NCBI GenBank assembly: GCA_003345545.1 | Contig: PRDH01000081.1 | Location: 32,001 to 96,000 of the forward strand | Length of the DNA: 64,000 nt | Origin: Candidatus Thorarchaeota archaeon | Lineage (GTDB): Archaea; Asgardarchaeota; Thorarchaeia; Thorarchaeales; Thorarchaeaceae | Direction: 5' to 3' | Shown: positions 62,600 through 64,000 of the stretch, piece after piece | Layout: every line of letters begins with the position of its first letter | Numbering within the stretch: the first letter of the stretch is position 1 | Notes under the pieces: model-generated | Told to the model about the DNA's origin: nothing | The model's database searches: none | Seen by the model: the letters and a program-made list of their open reading frames with translations, nothing else | Position numbers and translations under genes: made by a program

Positions 62600-62756
62600 T
62601 TCACTATAGTTAATTTACCCAAGCGGATGAGTACGCAAGGGACACAGAGCATTCTCGCACTGAGCTCGTCACTTAAAACGACTGAAGAGCGATGGGTTAC
62701 AAAGACGTCTCGGGAATGGGTCGTATAAGCGTCCTAGGCTTATAGCCCGCTTGGGT
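62600..62756 (+). ncRNA. Unidentified structured RNA candidate, copy B (with upstream operator motif)
   Basis: Closing stem ACCCAAGCGG/CCGCTTGGGT; tttatatt TATA-like box upstream; T-rich tail. Confidence 0.6.
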
Positions 62757-62819
62757 CTTCATCTTTCTTTGGCTACAGCTGTTCACTCATCATATCTGAG
62801 CAGTTCAAGCACTTCATCT

Positions 62820-63707
62820 CTATAGTCCGCTGACCTTTGTCTGAATCAATTCCTTTAGTTTCTTCTTATCCAGTGCACGCTGAAATAGAGGTCTCTTGTC
62901 CACGTCATAGATGCCTGAGTTCTCTTCGAATGTGGCCCTGGGAAGACCTCTGTAGAGAACACCAAGTGGATACTTATCATGTTCGATGGCTTTCTCAAAT
63001 GCGGCCAATCGATCGGTCGAATCATATGCACCATCCAAGTAGTATGTGTTGTTCTTGAACCACCGAAACGTGTTGATCTTGTTGTATGTGACACATGGTT
63101 GGAAAATGTCTACAAGCGAGAACCCTTTGTGCTGGATTGCTTTCTTCATTATCTCTTTTGTTTGCTCTGTGTCACCAATGAAGGCCCTTGCCACAAATGA
63201 CGCATTCATTGCCACGCCTAGGGCAAGTGGATTGAAAGGTTCAGAGGTCACACCTTGCCTATCCGCAGTCTGCACAAGTGTTTCAAAGCCTCTCTGGCTA
63301 GTGGGAGATGCTTGGCCCTTAGTCAGACCGTACACCATGTTATTGTGCACAAAGACACTGATATCCGGGTTGCGAAGCATGGTATGCATCAAGTGATTGC
63401 CGCCTTCCCCATACATGCATCCATCACCACTCTCTGCAATGACTGTTAGCTCTGGATTAGCGGCTTTGATTGCCATTGCCGCTGGTAGGGCCCTTCCATG
63501 CAGTCCATTGAACACGTTTGTGCGTATGTAGTGCGGTGTCTTTGCAGCCTGACCTATGCCCGAAACTATGACAGTCTCTTGGGGCTTCAAATCGAGTTCC
63601 GCAAGTGCGAGCATCAATGCACTCCTGATTTGGTAGTTGCCGCAGCCTGGACACCAAGCTATGTCGTACTGAACATCGTTCATTATTTCAAAATCATCCG
63701 GCTTCAA
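62820..63707 (-). CDS. 2-oxoacid:ferredoxin oxidoreductase beta subunit
   Basis: WCPGCGN, LHGR, GDG...[15 protein letters not shown] and PCVTYN motifs. Confidence 0.95.
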   Translation of the reverse strand: MKPDDFEIMNDVQYDIAWCPGCGNYQIRSALMLALAELDLKPQETVIVSGIGQAAKTPHYIRTNVFNGLHGRALPAAMAIKAANPELTVIAESGDGCMYGEGGNHLMHTMLRNPDISVFVHNNMVYGLTKGQASPTSQRGFETLVQTADRQGVTSEPFNPLALGVAMNASFVARAFIGDTEQTKEIMKKAIQHKGFSLVDIFQPCVTYNKINTFRWFKNNTYYLDGAYDSTDRLAAFEKAIEHDKYPLGVLYRGLPRATFEENSGIYDVDKRPLFQRALDKKKLKELIQTKVSGL

Positions 63708-64000
63708 TTCATGATCATCTCCTCTTTTGCTATACCCCTCAGAAAGTCCATCACCTCTTCGACAGCAAATGGAAGTCCATTGTACTTCAGGAGCATACTG
63801 TTTCTATCGATTCCAAATCCAGTTTCTCTCTGAATCAAACCAGCGAATTGAGCTGTTGCATTGTTTTCAACGATTGCAACTCTCTTTGCTGAACGAAGAT
63901 ACTCAAGTGAGGCTTCGTGCAATGGATAGACCTGGCAAAAGTGGAGCATGGCGATACTGTCCTGGCCAAGCTCAGATATTGCTTCTTTGACCACATGATA
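63704..64000 (-). CDS. 2-oxoacid:ferredoxin oxidoreductase alpha subunit, C-terminal part (truncated by window edge)
   Basis: [13 protein letters not shown]...LKYNGLPF; overlaps the beta-subunit start. Confidence 0.9.
   Translation of the reverse strand, partial: YHVVKEAISELGQDSIAMLHFCQVYPLHEASLEYLRSAKRVAIVENNATAQFAGLIQRETGFGIDRNSMLLKYNGLPFAVEEVMDFLRGIAKEEMIMN

Overview
Archaeal genomic window, most likely Asgard archaea (Thorarchaeota-like; inferred from the archaeal-type 16S, BHB introns and protein style, not from a database search). 0-21 kb and 23.4-34.3 kb hold housekeeping and metabolic genes: acs, a CoA-transferase-GNAT fusion, split PEP-synthase-like domains, AcuC, PolX, pyrH, valS, two OsmC genes and pepN. 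There are two intron-containing tRNAs (Leu-CAA, Ala-CGC) and a stand-alone 16S rRNA gene with two 30-nt bulge-helix-bulge (BHB) introns. The main observation is that the 15 kb downstream of the 16S gene is an array of unrelated 1-3-gene cassettes (five toxin-antitoxin pairs, GNATs, surface and membrane proteins). About 12 diverged, variably 5'-truncated direct copies of the 16S 3' trailer separate them. That trailer is the 3' strand of the pre-rRNA processing stem plus a T-tract. One copy still carries an orphan 16S 3' end with a different 30-nt intron. A smaller array of the same kind lies on the 5' side of tRNA-Leu. No integrase is visible in the window, suggesting stable-RNA-anchored serial gene capture. 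Also seen: five unrelated 30-nt BHB micro-introns, most sharing one geometry; a duplicated, covarying ~145-nt structured ncRNA candidate; and a shared palindromic operator in the 58-63 kb region.
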